From IMG/VR virus record IMGVR_UViG_3300034101_003746: 20,000 bases of DNA. The stretch is one strand, 5' to 3'. The notes beneath the pieces are model-generated. The model was not told the DNA's origin, did no database searches, and worked only from the letters and a program-made list of their open reading frames with translations. Numbering within the stretch: position 1 is the first letter of the stretch; each line of letters starts with the position of its first letter. The position numbers and the translations under genes were made by a program. This stretch comes from an uncultured virus (IMG/VR IMGVR_UViG_3300034101_003746). Lineage: Duplodnaviria > Heunggongvirae > Uroviricota > Caudoviricetes. Below, in pieces: positions 16,628-20,000 of the stretch.

Positions 16628-19141
16628 ATGGACAACATAGAAAAAATTGGTCTTTTAAAAGTAGTACAAACTTTAAACTTAGAAAATCGTTCAGTTAATA
16701 ATGATACTGTTAACGAACGAGAGTCTACTAATATTGAAAATAATCAATTATACGAGTTAAGTACTATTAGTAAACAATTATTTGATCTTAATTCTATAAT
16801 TGGAAAACTTGTGGGTACACGACCAATGAGAAATGTTACTCCACAAAATAGCATTTCTAAATCTAATACCATTAATATTTCTAATAATTCAGATATTGAT
16901 AAGTCATTACTAAATATAAAAAATATTGAAAACAATCAATTAGGCAATCTTGAACTTATTGAAAAGTATGTACGCGATGTAAAGATAATAGCAAAAAATA
17001 TATCAAAAATCTTGTCCAGATCTTTTGGTTTTAATGTTCCAAATACTTCTACACCATCGACAAATACAAATAATAATTCCAAATCGACAAATACAAATAA
17101 TAATAATTTCGCTTTGCCGAGTATGGCAGATTTTACTAAAGGTCTATCACTTGGATTTTTGCCTAAAGGTGTAATTAAAATGTACGTTGGTGGAATACAA
17201 CGATTAGTAGATGAACTTTCGCAGGTAAAAACTAAAGATGTAGATGTTGCTCTCGCTCCTCTCTATAAACTTGGAGAATCATTAAGCAATTTTGCAAATA
17301 TAAGTTTAGTTGGGTCTCTTGCATCTCTAGCAAAACTTAAAGTATTCGTCAAAGGACTTAGAATATTATTTAAGGACATGGGTTCAGATAAAAATTTACA
17401 AGAATTATCTGGAATTAAAAATGTTGCAGATGCTATAGCAAAACCGTTAGAAAGTATTGGAAATAGTCTTATTAAATTTGGTGATATAAAATGGACGAAA
17501 ATACTGATTGCATCAAAGATACTTAAAAACTTTATTACGTCGTTTTCAAAAATACCAGCTGCGACCGCAGAAAAAACCAGTCAAATAATATCCTCAATTG
17601 CCAATAAGTTAAAATCTCCGTTAGAAATATTGGGAAATAGTTTGGAAAAATTTGGTAATAAGTTAGGAACAGTTACTGGAAATTTAATGAAGGGAGCGTT
17701 AGCTGTGTTGGCTTTAAGTTCTTCAATTATACCACTAGCTATTGGTCTTAAGATGTTTAATGGTATAAAGTGGGAAAATGTTGCAAAAGCAGGCGTAGCT
17801 ATAGGAGGATTAATTGGTCTGAGTGCGTTGTTGAGTAAAACTAGTGGCGCAACACTAAAGGGGGTTGGTATAATTGCCGCGCTCGGAGCATCATTATTGC
17901 CGTTAGCGCTTAGTTTAAAGATGGTAAGTGGAGTAAAATGGTCAGCGTTTGGCATATTAGCAACTACTCTTACTACGCTTGGTTTAGCTGCTGCTGGATT
18001 GGGTATACCCGCAGTCGCTCCATTCGTTATTGCTGGAGCGGGAGTAATTGCGTTGCTAGGTGCTTCAATCATTCCATTAGCGTTCGGTCTAAAAATGTTA
18101 AACGATGTAGATTCTAAAAATTTACTTAATATAATTCCAGGATTGCTTGGACTTACTGCAGCAGGAGTAGCTCTTATGTTAGGAGCTCCTGGTTTATTAC
18201 TCGGAGGTTTGGCGTTAATACCATTTGCTGGAGCAATTGCAGTATTAAAGATGGCGATGCAAGGATTGGATGCCGAAAATTTAAAAGCATTGCCTGACTT
18301 TTTTTCTAAGATTGCTGAAGTTTCTTGGACTTTAGCTAAATCTGCTCCAGCGTTAATTGCATCTGGTTTAGCCATAACTCCGCTAGCAGCTAGTGTAAAA
18401 TTATTAAGTATTGCAATAGGAAATAGCCAATCGATGGTCGATTTCTTTACAAAATTTGGAGAATTTACTGAAAAGATAAATCCTCAAAAACTATTTGATG
18501 CTGCAAAAGGAATATTATCATTGAGCGCATCGATTGCTGCGTTTGGCGCAGCACAAGCAACTGAAGGATTAGGAAATCTTGTAGGAAAATTATTGCGATT
18601 TGGGTCAGACAGCCCGTTAGAACAATTCCAAAAATTTGCTGAGATCGCTACTCCATTAGATATAGCTAGTAAAGCCATAGCTACACTTGCAGACGGCATC
18701 AATAAATTAAATGAAATACAAGGTGAAATAAAAGTATTGGCCGATTTTCCATTCGATGAATTAGAAGATTTAGCATCAGAAATAAAGGGAAAAGCTATTA
18801 TACAAATTATAACAAACGGAGGACTAGGCCCCGAATCAAAAATATCAGGTCAAAATCAGGTCGCGAATACTAAAATTGTAAGTGAAGAGCAAGCAAAAGC
18901 TGCAGGATATAATAGTCTAGAAGAATACAAACAGAAAACTCAACTTATGCCTGAATTAACTCCAGTTCCAAATCAAATTGGATCGACGTTATCAAGTGTG
19001 GGTCCAGCTACAGCAACTAATACAGTTGTAGTGAATAATAATACTGGTGGTAATGTAAGCAATGTAAGTACAAGTAATGTCAATAATAGTGCATCCGCAC
19101 CAGCGCCAATTATAACAGGAAGCGCGATGGCACTATTCTGA
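16628..19141 (+). CDS. Tail tape measure protein (gp29-equivalent)
   Basis: 837 aa, helical and Ala/Gly/Leu-rich, with degenerate repeats and a hydrophobic core. The C-terminus is VVVNNNTGGNVSNVSTSNVNN. Follows gp26/gp51. Confidence 0.8.
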   Translation: MDNIEKIGLLKVVQTLNLENRSVNNDTVNERESTNIENNQLYELSTISKQLFDLNSIIGKLVGTRPMRNVTPQNSISKSNTINISNNSDIDKSLLNIKNIENNQLGNLELIEKYVRDVKIIAKNISKILSRSFGFNVPNTSTPSTNTNNNSKSTNTNNNNFALPSMADFTKGLSLGFLPKGVIKMYVGGIQRLVDELSQVKTKDVDVALAPLYKLGESLSNFANISLVGSLASLAKLKVFVKGLRILFKDMGSDKNLQELSGIKNVADAIAKPLESIGNSLIKFGDIKWTKILIASKILKNFITSFSKIPAATAEKTSQIISSIANKLKSPLEILGNSLEKFGNKLGTVTGNLMKGALAVLALSSSIIPLAIGLKMFNGIKWENVAKAGVAIGGLIGLSALLSKTSGATLKGVGIIAALGASLLPLALSLKMVSGVKWSAFGILATTLTTLGLAAAGLGIPAVAPFVIAGAGVIALLGASIIPLAFGLKMLNDVDSKNLLNIIPGLLGLTAAGVALMLGAPGLLLGGLALIPFAGAIAVLKMAMQGLDAENLKALPDFFSKIAEVSWTLAKSAPALIASGLAITPLAASVKLLSIAIGNSQSMVDFFTKFGEFTEKINPQKLFDAAKGILSLSASIAAFGAAQATEGLGNLVGKLLRFGSDSPLEQFQKFAEIATPLDIASKAIATLADGINKLNEIQGEIKVLADFPFDELEDLASEIKGKAIIQIITNGGLGPESKISGQNQVANTKIVSEEQAKAAGYNSLEEYKQKTQLMPELTPVPNQIGSTLSSVGPATATNTVVVNNNTGGNVSNVSTSNVNNSASAPAPIITGSAMALF
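17056..17104 (+). repeat. 22-bp direct repeat, 27-bp period, in frame
   Basis: ATCGACAAATACAAATAATAAT occurs at 17056-17077 and 17083-17104, encoding STNTNNN twice. Confidence 0.9.
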
Positions 19142-19411
19142 TTCTATTCCATAATAAACAATATCATCGAATTCTTCTGGCGTTTTTACTCCTGGGATAG
19201 TGTGAATAATATCTCCTTTTATATTATAACATAGTGTATGAGGGATAGATTCTATCTTATGCTTGAATATTAATGGTAAATTTTCTTCTTTATCTACATC
19301 AATAACTTCAAGTTGTGTAGGAGTACGATTACAATATTCTTTTAACATTCGCAGATGACGCAAACAGTCTTTACAGTTTAAAAGAGTAAATACCTTTATT
19401 AAGAATATCAT
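19133..19411 (-). CDS. Thioredoxin/glutaredoxin-like protein
   Basis: IKVFTLLNCKDC (CxxC), IDVD and IESIPHT (cis-Pro motif). Start moved to ATG 19411 because 19441 lies inside the hairpin. Confidence 0.75.
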   Translation of the reverse strand: MIFLIKVFTLLNCKDCLRHLRMLKEYCNRTPTQLEVIDVDKEENLPLIFKHKIESIPHTLCYNIKGDIIHTIPGVKTPEEFDDIVYYGIESE

Positions 19412-19423
19412 ATAATATATATG

Positions 19424-19463
19424 AAAACTGGGAAGAACCACACTTGCGATTCTTCCCAGTTTT
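19424..19463 (-). terminator. Intrinsic terminator after gp32, probably bidirectional
   Basis: Perfect 14-bp inverted repeat AAAACTGGGAAGAA (19424-19437) and TTCTTCCCAGTTTT (19450-19463), 16 nt after the gp32 stop, with T-runs on both strands. Confidence 0.85.
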
Positions 19464-19479
19464 TGGTTTTTAATTTGGT

Positions 19480-20000
19480 TTAACCTTGTGCAAGTTTAGC
19501 AAAATAACTCAAGGATTCGTCATCATCGTCTTCATCACTTGATGAGATGCTTGGAGACTCGGTTGCTGTATAGCTTGGAGTCGCTTCCACAGTCTTTCCA
19601 ATAGACGTTGCTGCTTCACTTACAATGCGTTCTTCGGTCATTGAACCACCGAGTGCATCAGCACCGAGTACTTCAACAAGTTTGCGCTTAAGATCAGCAT
19701 ATGACTTATAGTTTGATGGATCAGTAAAGTCCTTCAAAGAATACAACGCGTTGTAGGTTTTTTCAAGTTTAGCTTCATCGCCACTAAAAAGTTCAGATGC
19801 ACTTTCGAATTCTGACTTATCATAGTTACGATAGCCTTCAAAGTTGCGAATCTTCAACTTGAAGTTTGCTCCAGCCCAAAAATCAAATGGGTTGATTGGA
19901 GTCTCATCTTGAAACTGTGGTTGCATAATATCCATAATCTTGTCAAAGATTTTCTTGCCATATTTGTACAAGAAAACTTTACCTTCGTTGTCTGGATTTG
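19480..20000 (-). CDS. gp32: Single-stranded DNA-binding protein gp32, C-terminal part (starts outside the window)
   Basis: The frame is open to the window edge: NPDNEGKVFLYKYGKKIFDKI...NPFDFWAGANFKLKIR...NYDKSEF, ending in the acidic tail DEDDDDESLSYFAKLA. Confidence 0.97.
   Translation of the reverse strand, partial: NPDNEGKVFLYKYGKKIFDKIMDIMQPQFQDETPINPFDFWAGANFKLKIRNFEGYRNYDKSEFESASELFSGDEAKLEKTYNALYSLKDFTDPSNYKSYADLKRKLVEVLGADALGGSMTEERIVSEAATSIGKTVEATPSYTATESPSISSSDEDDDDESLSYFAKLAQG

Noticed and set aside
17581..18375. 264-aa antisense ORF (also 16744-16935 and 18484-18702)
   Set aside because: Shadow frames of the Ala/Gly/Leu-rich tape measure gene, with no recognisable motifs or expression signals.
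1..20000. Stop-codon recoding, CRISPR array, tRNA, intron/intein, or a bacterial eCIS/T6SS locus
   Set aside because: Genes tile the window under the standard code. I saw no repeat-spacer array, cloverleaf or splicing motifs. gp2, gp4, gp32 and late promoters identify a true T4-like phage.

Overview
AT-rich segment of a T4-like myovirus genome with the gene order of environmental/aquatic T4-likes, covering the baseplate and tail module. Minus-strand block in transcription order: gp48, gp53, gp27-like hub, gp5 N-half, gp5 C-half, a 963-aa multidomain protein, gp25, gp6, gp7, an S74-chaperone fibre and gp8 (partial). Plus-strand block: gp4, gp2, gp54-like, gp26, gp51 and the tape measure protein. 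A thioredoxin-like gene, a terminator and gp32 (partial) follow on the minus strand. Most notable points: (1) The gp5 spike is encoded as two genes, split about where T4 gp5 is proteolytically matured. A CHAP amidase replaces the T4 lysozyme, and the needle ends in a P2-gpV-type HxH apex with no PAAR gene nearby. (2) Directly downstream is a large protein with a C-terminal lytic-transglycosylase-like domain. (3) A T TTT TTC slippery site would join gp26 to gp51 by a -1 frameshift just before the tape measure gene, the lambda G/GT arrangement. (4) Three TATAAATA late promoters sit exactly 5 nt before start codons, and no gene has a Shine-Dalgarno site. All protein assignments come from recognised motifs and synteny; no database searches were run.
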